From the NCBI GenBank assembly GCA_036172245.1, contig JAYWIR010000006.1, forward strand, positions 3,162,001 through 3,226,000: a DNA stretch of 64,000 nucleotides, read 5' to 3'. Source of the DNA: Raillietiella orientalis (lineage: Eukaryota). Position 1 is the first letter of the stretch; every line of letters starts with the position of its first letter. The notes under the pieces were generated by a model that searched no databases, was not told the origin of the DNA, and saw only the letters and a list, made by a program, of their open reading frames with translations. The translations under genes were made by a program, and so were the position numbers. This document shows positions 1 to 12,929 of the stretch, one piece after another.

Positions 1-775
1 TTTCGTTGATGGCTGTTCGAAATGTTAAAATGTAGACGGCGCCGCAAGAGGCAGTGTTTCTTCTTTGTTTCCTTTTTTCTTCTTCCTCCCGCCGGAAAAA
101 AGCTCAAATCGTTTCGAATGAAAACATCTGGTCACGCAGGTTCCGGAACATTTGAAACCATTCTTATGTAAATGAGAATCTTCCTTTGTCATCCAAGTAC
201 GAGGAAGGAATGGTTCGTCCCCTGAAAGCGAGAGGTTCGATTTTGGTGTATTTGAGGAGTGTATGGCACGCGGTATGTGGGTTTCGAGTATATTTGTAGC
301 AACTTTTTTTTTTTTTTTTTCTTTTTTTTTTTTTGTTTTTACGGTTTCTGGCCGTTTTTTAACGGCGCCTGGAACCGTAAAAATTCGTGTAGGAACAGCG
401 CTCCTTTCACGCAGCCAATTCAGGGGCAAATGGCACTTCGGCGTTGTGAGGTACATTTTTCAGCTGCAGCATCAGCAAAGAGCCCTGCAAAGAGTTCGCA
501 AAGCAGCGAAAACATTCGAAATCGATGTGTTTTCGCAGACACGTGCGGCTCTTGCACGACAGAATCCCGAAACTGCATGTCGTGGATGCTGCGCGCTGGT
601 ACAGCGGACAGCTTACCGTGGTTACGGTCCAAAGCAAACACTCCTTGCGAGGATGCGGTAGCTGATCTTTCGGCGCCGCCGTCACGTGCAGTGGCGCGTG
701 CGTGCGTGCTCTGCCCTGGCCGGATAAGCGTGCCCTGCGAACGGACTCCACGGAGATGGAGCCTCATCCGCTTAC

Positions 776-781
<6 letters not shown>

Positions 782-807
<26 letters not shown>
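782..807. repeat. (TG)n microsatellite
   Basis: Directly visible TG run; similar runs at ~5866-5903, ~6443-6475 (CA), ~29073-29140 and ~51981-52003. Confidence 0.95.
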
Positions 808-1494
808 GTAGAGTAGGTGTGCCTTACGTGCTCTCTTGATTTCGTTTTTCCTCTCCCGACGATGCCGTGCCTCCTCCCATTCGGAGCCAAAGCACCCCGC
901 GAGGTTCTGTGCGTTTCGCATTTCCGCCCCTGCGGGTTGCCCGCCGAGGACACGTCGGGTCGCGCAAATGCGACCGCGGTGTTCGCGGAACCTCAGCGGC
1001 AGCGTTGGGGCTCAAAAAGAGATGCCACATCAGGCGTTTGCGATCCCACAATGGGATTCTGTGCAAGAGGGACGATGGTCGAACACTGCCCGAGCAAAAA
1101 TCATTTTGGCGTGACGCGCAGCTGTGTTTGCAGCCTTCGCTGTTTCCGTTGCTGGGAAAGCGCGTTTCAATGTACGGCACTTTTTTTTTTTTTGGTACAG
1201 TTGGATGGAAGACGGGAGTTACGTGCATCCGAGAGATCCGAGGATGGATTTTGCCTGCATCTGTTTACTTTTGTTTGCAAGCATCCGGGGAAGGGGGGGG
1301 GGGACGAAATTCGCAAAGAGAGGAATCGTGCCCTTAAGAATCGGTGCAGACACCCCACGCATCCCCCGCGTGCCCGATAGCCAAGTTCGTAAGCGCTAAT
1401 GACACGTGCTGGAAGGCAAACCTTTTCTTTTTTTTTTTTTTAAAAAAAAAAAAAAAAGAAGTGCGTTTGCCGTAACTGATTGTAGCGGATGCTT

Positions 1495-1521
1495 TTATAT
1501 ATATATATATATATATATATA
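1495..1521. repeat. (TA)n microsatellite
   Basis: Directly visible TA run next to poly-T/poly-A tracts. Confidence 0.95.
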
Positions 1522-1589
1522 ATATGGGGGCTTCCGAGTTGAGGGTGTGAAAATGATGGGCCCCCTCCACGTTGCTCATCATCCGCGGA

Positions 1590-1640
1590 AGATCGGATTT
1601 GAACCATATAGAAACGAAAAACCTGAACCACTTGGCGTAG
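1590..1640 (-). mobile_element. tRNA-derived SINE head (Pol III A/B boxes)
   Basis: Minus strand reads TACGCCAAGTGGTT (A-box-like, 1639-1626) then GGTTCAAATCC (B-box consensus, 1605-1595); no cloverleaf seen. Confidence 0.4.
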
Positions 1641-2688
1641 GGCTGAACCGATTTGTTTTCAGCATCCTTTCACTTAATTATGTGCACTTGGTAGTTCTTA
1701 CGAGTGGTTTCTGTTATGCCATTTCTCCACCGCGTAAGGACGGCTTGTGCATTGTACTAATGAACATTGGACAGCGTGTTGACATCGTTGGCGTAATGTA
1801 CTTTTCCATCCTGTGGGACACAGAAATTAAGTTCTTTCTGTGTTAACGTTATCCATGATTGGGTGTGCGTAGCATGCTCCAGTGTTTCTTTCGCTGTAAT
1901 CTGATGCTGATGCATCTCAGCTGTTGCTCATTGGATCGTGTTTTTTTTTTTTTTTTTTTTCTTTCCTTTTTTGTCCCCGTGATGACGTAACATATTTCTC
2001 GCGGATATCCGAAAAATACGCAGTCATTTATTTGGCCCCTGATTGAACCATGCGCCGCAGGTTTTTCCAATTTAGAGAATTACGACTCGTGGGTAGGAAA
2101 AACACTGATAGGAAATAAATAAGGGTGTTCGGAAAAGAGCAAGAAGAAACAATGACTCGATATCCTTAAAGGCTGAAGGGATATTTGGGGCAAAAAAAAA
2201 GATCGATACGAAGCTGGGGACGCTTGACCACGACGAAGGCAACAACAACAACAACAGCATGAAATGTTATCAGTCAGCCCTCTTTTTTTTTTTCTTTCCT
2301 TTTTTTTTTATCGGCACTCGATAAATTCAGGCAGAAGCTTACGTACTGCTGTGCTCGGTTGCATTTCCAAATCATCTTCATCCGCGCAAAACGCCCGGCG
2401 TGCTCCCCTCGCATAACGACCGTCGGCGACGTGCAGCAATGCAGCCCGGTCGTCGTGCTGTTTCGACCCCCCAGGGAAAGCTGGGGTGCATTCTGCATTA
2501 GCAGGTAGCATGGAACTTTACAGTTTTACAGGAGTCCCAGCGGCACGCAGTCGCTGGAAACGCCAACGGAGCTCTTCCCAACTTCGTCCTCCTGTGATCA
2601 CGAACACTTGGGAGTCTCCTTGAAGCGTTCGGAACCCATTAAGGGTTTCCTTATTCGGAGATTTTGGAACAGGGGAAAGGCCACTGCA

Positions 2689-2733
2689 TGCGTGCGTGCG
2701 TGCGTACGTGCGTGCGTGCATGCGTGCGTGCGT
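2689..2733. repeat. (GCGT)n tetranucleotide repeat
   Basis: Imperfect GCGT array visible in the sequence. Confidence 0.9.
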
Positions 2734-3695
2734 GTGTTTGCAGTGTGTGTGTTTTTTGTTTACGTCAAATGTTTCCCCGTCCGTGTTCGCGAGGCCGTGT
2801 GGGGTGTATCAGATATCCGAACGCAGACATTGGGAAACCGAAGTGCTCATGTTGCGTCGTACTTCGCCTAAAGCTACACGTGAGCGTGCCTTGGAGATCT
2901 ATCAAAGGCTCACAACAGGAAGGGGGGGACAGATCGTGCCCCGCCGTGAGGTTTTTGGCGGATGTGGCACCGATGCTCCGTCAGCTCTTCCGAGAGCGGC
3001 GTGCTGCGGAAAGACGTGAAGGTGGAAACGGGCGGCCGTCGCACGTCCGTTTCCCCCCCCCCCCCTTTTTGGGGCAGAAGGGGGTATCCCTTCCCTCCTC
3101 TCTCAAAAGCATGTTGGTCCACGTTGGTGGCTGTCGAGGAGATTTTTTTTTTTTCCTCAGCATGCTTTCTAGCGGTGCACGCTGCTCTCGGGGGACCTGA
3201 CGTTTGCTGGTTGATGGTGTGCCACCTTGGAGAGCGCTGTTTTCCTTCCCCGGAGAATTAACCGTAGGATGCGGGGTGGGCTCGTCTGTCTTGTAAAAAG
3301 GGAGTAGAGGAGTGCTGGGGTATTGGGGCGAAATCGGATGTTCTCTCTCTCTTTTCGTTCTTTTTTCCCCAGCCGTCTTTGCTTTCGTGTTGTCTTTGAA
3401 GTACTCCGCTCAGCGTAGCGTATTTCTTGATCCTCCCAGTTTGCGTCCTATTTGCATCTGTTTTCGCTGTCCCTTTTGTGCGTGTGTGTTGTTTCCTTGA
3501 GCATCCAGCTTTGCGAGAACGGGAGGCTGGAACCACCGAGCGCTCGCCGCCTGCCGCCGCTGTTGCGATTTCCGTGATCCGACTCGCGCGATCTTCTGCC
3601 GCAAGCCCCTGCGTGTTCTTCCCGTGCTGTTCCTCCCGCTGGGATCCGTGGGATTGTCATTAAATGTCTTTTTGATTGATGTTCTCTTTGAATAG

Positions 3696-3845
3696 AGGAT
3701 GATGGACAAAATGGTTTCCTATCCTGACGATCCTTATCTGCAGATAACTGACGACATTTGGGAGGGAAGCCTAGCGTTGCTCCAGAAGCGCAGTCTCCTG
3801 CTGTGGAACCAAGATTCGAGCGGGGTCACTTTCAACATCATGTAG
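3696..3845 (+). CDS. CENPK: Terminal coding exon of a centromere protein K (CENP-K)-like gene; upstream exons not confidently located
   Basis: Pyrimidine tract and acceptor ...ctctttgaatag|AGG; phase-0 frame RMMDKMVSYPDDPYLQITDDIWEGSLALLQKRSLLLWNQDSSGVTFNIM* (TAG 3843-3845). It aligns without gaps to the remembered human CENP-K C-terminus ILINRLFDVPHDPYVKISDSFWPPYVELLLRNGIAL (P.DPY..I.D..W....LL core). Below the ORF-track length cutoff. Confidence 0.7.
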   Translation, partial: RMMDKMVSYPDDPYLQITDDIWEGSLALLQKRSLLLWNQDSSGVTFNIM

Positions 3846-3860
3846 GACCAAGCAGTGACA

Positions 3861-3866
3861 AATAAA
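3861..3866 (+). terminator. Polyadenylation signal AATAAA of the CENP-K-like gene
   Basis: AATAAA 15 nt after the stop, followed by a GT-rich stretch (ggttgttctcgtgttgggttct, ~3886-3907). Confidence 0.55.
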
Positions 3867-5869
3867 GCCGGAAACTCGAGCGAGAGGTTGTTCTCGTGTT
3901 GGGTTCTGCTTGCAGGGAAGGTTGGGGTGCCGAAGGGCGTGCTCGCGGCAAATGTCATTCCGATCCGTTCCTCTTTTCCTTGTCTCTGTCGCCTTCTCTT
4001 TCCGTCTTCCGCCACCCCTCCCAGCGAGACGGAGGCGTGGAACGTTCCTCCGAACATTCGCCCGGTTCGGGTGTTTCTTTCCCGTGAGGGATGCCGAAGG
4101 AACGGAGTGCCCGCACAGGTGTTTGGTGCGTTTGAGATGGTGGAAGAAACAAAAAAACAAAACAAAACAAAGGGAGCTCTCTGGTGTTATTTCGGGAAAC
4201 CAAAAGGAAAAACAAAAGAACTGTTTGTTTGTTTATCTCATGAACTCGGAGCTCTTTTCTACAGGTTGTTTTTTTGGGAACTGGGAACGAGAGGTTCGGC
4301 TGGAGGGATCCCCCGCCTAAGGCGGGATAGAAGAGGAGGAGAGCTTCCGTGCGGTTGCATGAAGTGGGGGACCGGGCGGACACCACCGCCGTCTCGATAC
4401 GACGTGTTCAAGCGGTGCGTGGAGCGCCCTTGCGCAGGGCCCCTTGGCCCTTGCGCTCTCCCCGGCCCCTTACCGAGACGCGACTTCACCCGAACAGTTT
4501 TTTTTTTTTTTTTTCTTTTTTTCCCTCCTCTTCCTCCTGTTAAAATATGCATTCGAAGCAGATAAGCTTATTGTGCCGTGCTTTCGGCCGAGCTCATGCT
4601 GCTTCTCCTGCACGCAACTGCTTCGCGGATCGTGACGGCATGCTTTCTGTCCCCGTGCCTCATGGATTGCTTGATTGATCCCCTTAATTACGTGAGATTG
4701 CTGGCGCAGCCCGCATCCGTCATGTTATCAGGTATTCGCATCGGGACCGCTTTCGGCGTTAATAGCAGGCGTCACAATTACTAGGAATTAGTAACACCAC
4801 GAATACCTCGCGTTCGGACGGCGAGCCACGGGGTGAGGGGGCGGGGGAGCAGTCCGCCCCTCTTTTTCCGCGGCGCGGTCGCCGTGGTGACCGCTCACGC
4901 GGCGAGTGGATACGCGGTACCGGAAGCGCGGCCCCCGGGCGCTTATCGCAGCGTTCCCTCCGTCCTCCTTCGGCGGCCGTGGGGGGGGGGCGCGCGCGTC
5001 CCCCTCTCGCACCGTGCGGACGCCGGCCGTCACGACGCGAAGACGTGTGACGGGAATGCGCAAGGCGAATGAATCGGTTGAGCGTAACGGCGACGCCGTG
5101 CCGCGGCGGAGGAGCGCTGCGTACGCGGGAACACTTTCCGTTGGCGAGCCGGCCTCAGATAAGCAGATATGGTCAAGTTTGGGTCTTCGGATGGTAGGTA
5201 ATTGTGCAATCTGAGGTTCTCACGTTTAAAGCTATCGGTCCCCATCAAGATAGACGGTCTTTTCCTCCTCACACGCACCGCACGCTCTTCAGCGTCACCA
5301 AACCGAAGCGATGCTCACGTCCCAAGGAACTTTTTTGCAGTGCGGTCGCCCGAAAGGAGAGGTTGAAGGTGGTCAGCACGCGCTCCGTTGGCGCCGTGTC
5401 GGCTCTGCTCCTTCCGGAGGACGCTTCGCCCGCCTCCTCCGTTTTCGTCTTTCAGCGATGCACGCCGCCACACCTCTCCCTCCGGTTAGCTCCCTCTGGA
5501 GCTGCAGGCCGGTCGCAACGTGCCCCTGCCGCTCCGTAAGCGTCGGCCTGGCGAGCGGATGGTTCGCTCTCCTCCTCCCGCGTCGTCGGACCCCTGGGGA
5601 GTCCCGCAGCATCGACCCGCGGCCGGCTGTTTGTGTGCCCTCTCGTGGCACTCGTGAGGGTGCACCGACCACCACGTGGGTCAAGTGGGAAAACGGGGAG
5701 AGGCGCGTGATCCTGGGGCCGCTTTCGTTTTCCTCCGCGTCCGGGTTTGTCACCGGGAACGAATTCCCCCCTCCGCGAGGACGCCGCCCCGTTCGCCCTT
5801 TAGGCAGGGCCACGCGTTCGTTCTCGGGCGCAGCTTAGCAGGCGAATGCAAGGCGTCGCCGCCGTGTAT

Positions 5870-5908
<39 letters not shown>

Positions 5909-6439
5909 TACAGGCAACGCACGTCGCTCCACCTGTTGTGTGTACTCCAGAAAGTCAGGTTACCTGCCGTCGAAGAGCCACGGCACGGATTTGCCTTTGC
6001 CGCTGCTGGTGTTCCGCTGTTGTCTTCGTCGTAAACACGCATCTTCCAGCATGCACGTCCTGCCCCTTCTGAGGCGGCGTGCAGGCGAGGAGGCAGCGCT
6101 CTCAGCAGCATCTGCTGCTGCCGGTTGGGGTTTCGGTCCCTCGCCAGAGTTCTCTCGACGGAAGGAGAAACAGAAAGATCTTTCCCGAGGAGGCGAGACT
6201 TTGCGCGGGCGCGGTTCGCCGTGGGTTCGGGTTTACTCCGGGACGCTCGTGCCTGCGGCCAAGTCCGCGAAAGACACGGTCCGGCCTGGCGGAGAGGTTC
6301 CTGCATGGAGAAAGGAGGGTGGGTGGGTGGAGGGTGCCCATCGCGATGGACGCACTCGCCGAAGAAGCGCTGGAATTTGTGGCGGCGGCGCGGTGGCTCG
6401 GGAAAGCGCATTCGATTCGAATTTCCTCATCGGCTCGCA

Positions 6440-6478
<39 letters not shown>

Positions 6479-7009
6479 CAAAAAGAGGGAGAGAAAGGGG
6501 GAAGGAACAGGGGAAGGGAAGAGGAGATAAAGAGGACAACCCCCTGTTTGGATCCTCGAAGGAGCTGGAGAAATCGGAAAGTCTCCTTTGGAGTCTCCTT
6601 CGAGAAGGGGAGAGCCCAGCGCTTTGCTTCGGCAGCTGAACAGAGCTTTTGCTCCCGACAAACAAAGGTGCTTTACCTATCCGTGTTTACGCCGTTCCTT
6701 CTTCTTCTTCCTCCTTCTTCTTCGGGTGGAGGGGAGGAGGAGGAGGGGGATATCCAGTTGATTTGATCAGCCATGTAAATACCTCGCCTCCATCTGTTTC
6801 CAGGCTCTGCGAATCACTTGATGAGTGTTTTCCACGGGCAGAGTGGATCTCTGCTAGCGGCTCCGGCACCGCGCTATGCGGCTCTCCTGGCGATTGCGTT
6901 GCTCCTGCACGCATTTCGCCCGCGGGAGCATACCTTCGCGCAGGCACCGCAGGCGCGGGCATCTGAGGATCGGCGCGCGTTCTTTCTTCCGGAGCGAGCG
7001 CCGCCCTTC

Positions 7010-7310
7010 CTGGCCGGCCGATTGGGAAGCGGCGATTGGCCCGCAAGCCGGCCGGCCGCACTTCCTTTCCTTACCTGCCACCTCGCTCCCCCCCATTCTT
7101 TCTTTTTGCCCTTCGTGCCTTTTTCGTGTGGCCTCTCGAGAAGGGACCCCGGAACGCCGGCAGGAAGTGCGCGCGACCTCTTCCCGACCCGGAAGGCGCA
7201 GCTGCTATGGGGAGTTCACGCTGCTTGGCGGTGCTTTCCCGGTTTGGCGCGCGTTGCGCCGCGGTTTCCCTCGGCCGCAGCGACGGAGGCGACGCCATCT
7301 TGGTACTCGC
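7010..7310 (-). promoter_or_regulatory. Promoter-like module with candidate minus-strand first exon (ATG 7298, donor after 7075)
   Basis: YY1-type CAAGATGGCG on minus (GCCATCTT 7294-7301), ETS-like GGAAGTG near 7163, two ATTGG (7021, 7035), consensus donor CAG|GTAAGG at 7075/7074; frame open from ATG to donor. Confidence 0.4.
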
Positions 7311-8499
7311 GAAGCGCTGCTCTTGAGGAGGCGCGGGATGAAGTCGGGGACGCAGCCGCTGATTCGAACACGGAGCAGCAGCAATTAGCGGGGAAGCATC
7401 CAACAAACACTTGGAGCCCGGGAGCAGCAGACCCATGCGTCAGTAGGGTTTTTTTTTTTTTTTTTTTCTCCTCGCTCGCTGGGGGAGGGGGAGGGGAAGC
7501 TCGCGGCTTTCGACAGGTCGCGAGCCTCCGAGGAACGGGCCGCCCCACAAGAGAGGTGCCCTGCCGGCAGCCGCTGCCGGAAAGTTCCGGGAGGAACTCG
7601 GCTTCCCGAATTTGAAAATCCTTGCAGGTTTCCTGGTGTCGGATGCTGCGCTGCGAGCTGAAATCCCAAGGTGTCGGAAGATTCGAACCGGTGGAGCTGA
7701 TCGAGTTTCCCGAGGCTGCCGTTGGATGCCACTGCCTTCTCTCCCGCGTGTAGAAAAAAAAAAAAAAAAAAAAAAGGAAGGGGGGGAGAGGGAGGGAGAA
7801 AGAAAGAAAGAAAAAAAGGCGATTGCAGAATCTCTCCCATGGCCATCGGTCACTTGACGGTCATCACCTGGCACGTCTGCGTGCTCGTTCCGTGATCCCG
7901 TCGCTCTTTTGTTCTTCAGTCTCAAGATGGACGTTGAGGGAAGTGAAAGGGAACAGGAATCCCCCCCCTCCCTTCCTCCTCCCTAGAACGGAGACGGGCA
8001 GGTGGTGGGCACGTCATCCCTGGTTCCGGTGCGTGGGAGGAAAAAGCTCTCGTTTCCCCCGCAGCAGCCGCGTACGTGGGCGGACGCGCCCCCGGAGCCA
8101 GCACTGGAGACGACACCATCTTTGTCTGCAATGCGCAGCTTCCTGGGTGGGGGTGCGTCCCCGCGGGGATGCTCCGACCGGAGCGCCCTTCGCCCTCATC
8201 TTTTCGTTTGGTGGTGCCCACGACCAACCATTCCTTGAAGCAGCAGCAGCAGCCGGCCTTTCCATTTGGAGGAGGAGCAGTGGGGGGGAGGGAAGACACC
8301 CATCATTCAAATGACGATGACGAAGAGAGAGAGAGAGATGTGGTCCCTGGCAGGAGCCTTGCCCGGCTTCGCGGACTTCCAGCTTAGTTGGCGCGGCGGA
8401 CACCCCCAGGTCACCGGCTGACACCTGGCCTCCAGGGTCGCCGCCTCTCCCCGCGTGTTTACAGAGAAACAAAGACAGAGAGAGAGGTCGGGCGGGAGT

Positions 8500-9750
8500 G
8501 GGCACCGCCCGGAGATGGTCGTAGCAGGTCCTTTCTCCCCCCCCCCCCGGCACAAATTACTTGTCGCGCGTTGGCCGCGATAGCATCCTTGATGACAGAT
8601 GCTTCTGCGAGACGGTGGGACCTTCAGATAATCGTCTCCAGGGCAATCTTTTTCTGCAGATGCTCCCTGATAAGTTGCGAGCCAGCAGGGGGAGCAGCGG
8701 GACGGGGTGGGAGGTAACTCCGCCGCATCCCAATGAAGTCCCCCTTTCCTCTCCCCCTCTGGCGAGACCGGCAACAAACAAACTCGATCTGATAGGGGCG
8801 GGTAAGGCCGATCGGCACCTGCGCGAGTGGGATTATCGGCTCCTGGTCAAGTCCGCCCCCGCAGCGCAGCTCCCTGTCGTCGCCGCTGTCCCCACCCCCA
8901 CCCAAGCACTCCTCCCTCCCCTGTGGCCGAGCGCGCTGCCACGGGGATGACGTGATCCTCCATTGCACCGCCAGTGGGTTCGGACGAGGGTTCGCCGGAC
9001 AGGAAAGAAGGGAAAGGGTTCGTGGGTCTGTTTGGCTCGTCTCTCGCAGCTAGACAGCGCAGATGACACTTGCAGAGAGACGCCCGTTCTGAACCCCTCA
9101 GGGGGAGATCAAAAGTTCCGGGAGGAGGAGATCTCTCTCGGGGCTACAAGCAGCGGATTTACGGATGAGCAGAGCCTTCAAGTGACAACACGGATTCCCG
9201 TGGTGAAAGCTGATCGAGTCAGAATCGCACAGAATCTTAGCGTAATTACGCGCCTACGTCACAAACAGGGACTTTTGCCGGAAATTTAGGTGCCGAGGGT
9301 TTTACGCTCCCCGTTACCCAGGGGATAGACTCGCGATCTTGCCAGGAACAAAGGAACAACAAGTACAGGCGTCTACTAGGAAAAATTGAGCCCTTGGAGA
9401 TCAAAACTAGCCATCAGGAAACGATTTTTGGAGCGGAAGAAACTCTCAGAGTAGGTTATGAGACGTTTGGAGGCCATAGGTAATGGCGGCGAGCTCCCGA
9501 AAACAAACAGAGGCAATCGTTGCTGAGTGGATGAACAGATGGCAGAAGGGTAGGCAGCCGCAGTGAACGCCGAACCCCCATGCCAGAAGTTTGCCTTTTA
9601 TTTCGAACCGACCTCCTCCCGGATGATGCGGTCCACGATGGAGTGTGGCAAAAAATCCACGATGAAGCAGTCTAAGTCGCGAGAATTCCATTTCAATCCC
9701 AAGAGGCTCACTCAAAAACGCCGACCAGTGGCATCTATCGGCTGATCTTG
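8500..9750 (+). mobile_element. Decayed non-LTR retrotransposon RT fragment (R1/LOA/I-like)
   Basis: Frameshifted motifs in expected order: RVGRDSIL; EEEISLG..TDEQSL (YLG..D..L-like); KADRVRIAQNLSVITRLRHKQGLLPEI; ARNKGTTST / LLGKIEPLEIK (AYRTTST..L.G..PL-like); IVAEWMNRWQKGR (W..RW...GR). Boundaries approximate. Confidence 0.65.
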
Positions 9751-12297
9751 GAAGACACGTAGATCGCAGACAACCGGACGCTGGTTTTCAACAGAGAATG
9801 GGTCTTCCCCGTGCCGGAGGGAATCTGCTGTTCCTCCGGGTGGAGACACTCTTCCACGTCGTTTCTTTCCCACGGGGGAACTGAGGGAGGAGAACCTCTG
9901 GCAACTCCGAAAGCAGGAGGCCTCCGAGCTGACGAGTAACAGGACTCGGAGTCTGTGCTCTCCTGCCTTGCCACCCACTCACGCCTCCTTCTCACCAGGA
10001 CCAGTAGTCTAGCTGACCCGGGACCACGCATCGTCTCGAGGCGGACTCGAGAAAAAGCTCAGCTAGGATACCGAATCCGCAAAGGAGCCTTGGAATCGGT
10101 CTTCCCGGAGGAAGAGTCAGGCAAGGGGGCAGACGGAACCGACAGCTCGAGAGAGCGGCTCGCCTCCACCTTGGCCAGGATGGAAGAGCGATGGGGACGG
10201 AATCGAATCGCAGTCTTCCGCTTCCCAACGGGTACCCAGGGACTCCGAGGCGGAAATTTCCCCAGCAACGCGCGAACGAAGAAGCAGCGGCAGCGGCTTC
10301 CCAGAAGCGCGAAAGAGTCCCGCCGAGCAGCGAAAGCGCCGGCGCCCCAAAGCTGGAAACTCTCGCCCCTACCTTTCCCCCACCCACCCCCCATCCTCTC
10401 CCTGCGACCCCTTCCTCGAGGCGACAGCGGGAAGTCCCGCTTCCGGCCGGCTGAAGTGCCCCTCGAGTGCGCTAGGCGGTGTCCCACTCTTCGCTGCCTC
10501 AGGTCGGAACCCGGCGAAGGACGTCCCGAGCTGCAGTCCGCAAAGGAACCCGCCCACTGTGGCTCCGCTGGCATCCATCGGGTCTAGGAGAGGGAGGACG
10601 GGGCAGGGAAACGGGGAAACACGACTCGGGTCGGGAATCACAAGTAGAAGGTGGAAAAATGATCAAGTGAAGGAGAAAGGGGGAAGGAGGGAGGAAAGAG
10701 GAGGAGGAGGAGGAGGAAAAAGGAAGAGGAGAGGGGGGGAGGCCCGCCCATTGGAAGAATGACAGCAGGTTTGGGAGCCTGCTCCCGGAACTCCTGTCCG
10801 TCACTGGGGTACTCTGGACGCACTGGGTGTGTGTAAGGAGGGCAGGGGACGAGCGCGCAAGTCGTACGTCCCACCGGTGATGGCCGGTGCGTTTCATGAC
10901 GACGTCCTCGGAAAGTTTTGACTCCACGGAATGCACCGTAAAAAAAGAAAAGGAGAAAAAGGGGGGGAGGGGGAAGGAAGGAAAAGGGAGGAGGAGGAGG
11001 AGGTGCTGATTTATTTGCGGTCGCATTCCTCCGCCCTCCGCGGTGACGCAAGAGACGAGCGAACGGCGTCTGTCGGAGGGAGCCTGCGCTGGAGGAGCAG
11101 GGACCGCGAGAGGGGGTGCCGTCTGTCGTGGCAGCAGCAGAGCAGGGAGGGGTAGGCGGAGAGGGGTGGCCACTCGTTCGACGTCTTCCCGGAGAACTGC
11201 ACTGCTGCAGTGGCTCCGTGCATCGTCGCAACTGGGCGCAGAGTGGCACATCGGGGCGCCTTCCCCTTTGGAGAGATTTTCCCTCCTCCTCCACCTCCTC
11301 CTCCCCTTCTTTCCTCGGACGGGAGAGGGCTGGGCTGTGTGCGTGGACCCTTTGGAACGTTCGGGTCCTCGGGAGTTCCCTCTGCTGTCGGCGGCAGGCG
11401 GTGAGCCTCCAGAAGCCACGAGGGGCGCCCGCCAGCGGGTCGCTCCTCCGCTGCCCTCCCCTGCCCCCCTTCTCCGTTCCCGTTCCCACCGCGTTGGCGT
11501 TCCCGGCGCTGGAATCAATTAGCCGCCTCCCGTCACCATGGCAGCCTCTGGGATTAATTCAATCACGTCGCTTGCGGCAGACGGGCGATCCTGCCGCGCG
11601 TCTCCTCCGAGCCGCTTGAAATTCCAGGCGCGGAGCACCGGGGGCGCCCGCCAATTATCAAAGGGGCAGAGAGAGGGGCGGGAGGGGGAGGGGAGGAGAA
11701 AAAAGGGGTGAGGGGAGGAGGAAAGGAGGACCCGCGAGATCCGGGGGGGAGAGGAGGAGGAAGAAGCTGAGGTGCGCGGGAAGCTGCGCTCATTATCTCG
11801 GAGCAAACTTCCCGCTAACGAGCTTCCGCTCGGGCGTCGCCGCTGTTGCCCCGACAACCGTCCCGGGCTCATCCGGGGGAGGGGGGGGGGGAGAGGGAGA
11901 ATCGATTTCCGCCTCCGCCGCTGCTTTTTCTGCTTGCACCGCCTTCCCGGGAGCCACGGGCGCGGCTGCTCCCCTCCCGGTCCGCTGCCGGAATTGGTCC
12001 TCCGCGACCGCTCCCGTCCGCCAATCCCGGACGGCGGCCTGGGCAGCGGAGGGACGCAAGCCGCGCCGGAGTCCCGCGTGGGCGTTCTCCGGGACGCGCG
12101 TCGTCCACTCGGCTCGCTCGCCAGCCGGCCGCCCCGCCGGATGGGAGCCGAGGGAGGCGGGCGGGACGGAGCGCCGTGACGTCACCCGGCTCCGGCCAAT
12201 GGCCGAGCGCCGCCTGCCCTCTCGCCTCCCTCTCTCTACGGGCCGGAGGGCTCGCCGCTCGCGTGGGGCGGCCCAACGCACCGAGCGCCCGACTCAC

Positions 12298-12340
12298 CGC
12301 GCCACTCTCCTGCTCCACTCGTCCAAAGGCGCCATCTTCT
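12298..12340 (-). other. Candidate first exon of a minus-strand transcript (MAPLDEWSRRVA.., phase 2); TSS unknown
   Basis: AAGATGGCG start context at 12335 followed by CG|GTGAGT consensus donor. Confidence 0.45.
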
Positions 12341-12549
12341 TCCTGAGCGCCCTTCCACGCCACTCGGGGGCGTTCCGGGCAGAAAAGAGGGCGTGCCTGC
12401 ACGCGGGCAGCTCAGGCGCACGCGCCGTTTCGTCCCCTCTCGCTCCCCTATTTGTACCCTTGCATGGGGCTGCTCGCTCGCATCGCGCGCCTATTTGCGC
12501 TTCCCTATTTACTTGTCTTCTCCTGCCCCCGATTGGCTGATCGCCTGTC

Positions 12550-12929
12550 GTCATGGCGGCGCGGCACTCCCATCGTCGGCAGGGAAGACGTGGGCTAGCC
12601 CCTTCCTGCCGGCGACCTCCGTCCTCCTCCCCTTCCCGCTCTCCCTTCCTTCTATCAGCTGCCGAGGGCAGGTGCGGAGGCGCTGCGAGCGACCCGGCGG
12701 CGACTGCCACCGCCGACTGAGAGAGGGGGTGAGAGGACATTTCCGGATTTTTCCCGTCTGCCCGAGAGGAGCGCGCGCGCGCCGCAGCCGCCGCCCCCGC
12801 GAGAGGTCGCAGCGGTTGCGCCTGCGGGCCCGTTCCCTCGCTTCACGGTCCGCAGAACTTCGGGGTCAGCGCACGCTCGGCAGCTCTCCTCGCCGCGCTC
12901 TCGCGGGTGCGCCGGCGACGCGCCTGACG
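12550..12929 (+). other. Candidate (probably non-coding) first exon of an unidentified plus-strand gene; 5' end uncertain
   Basis: GC-rich leader downstream of CCAAT/YY1 motifs ending in ACG|GTAGGT, after which composition changes to TE-derived DNA. Confidence 0.4.

Noticed and set aside
198..600. Upstream CENP-K exons (198-272 YEEGMVRP...; 464 onward LQHQQRALQRVRK...)
   Set aside because: Splice-like signals and a coiled-coil-like peptide exist, but there is no recognisable CENP-K similarity and no clear donor for the second; not supportable.
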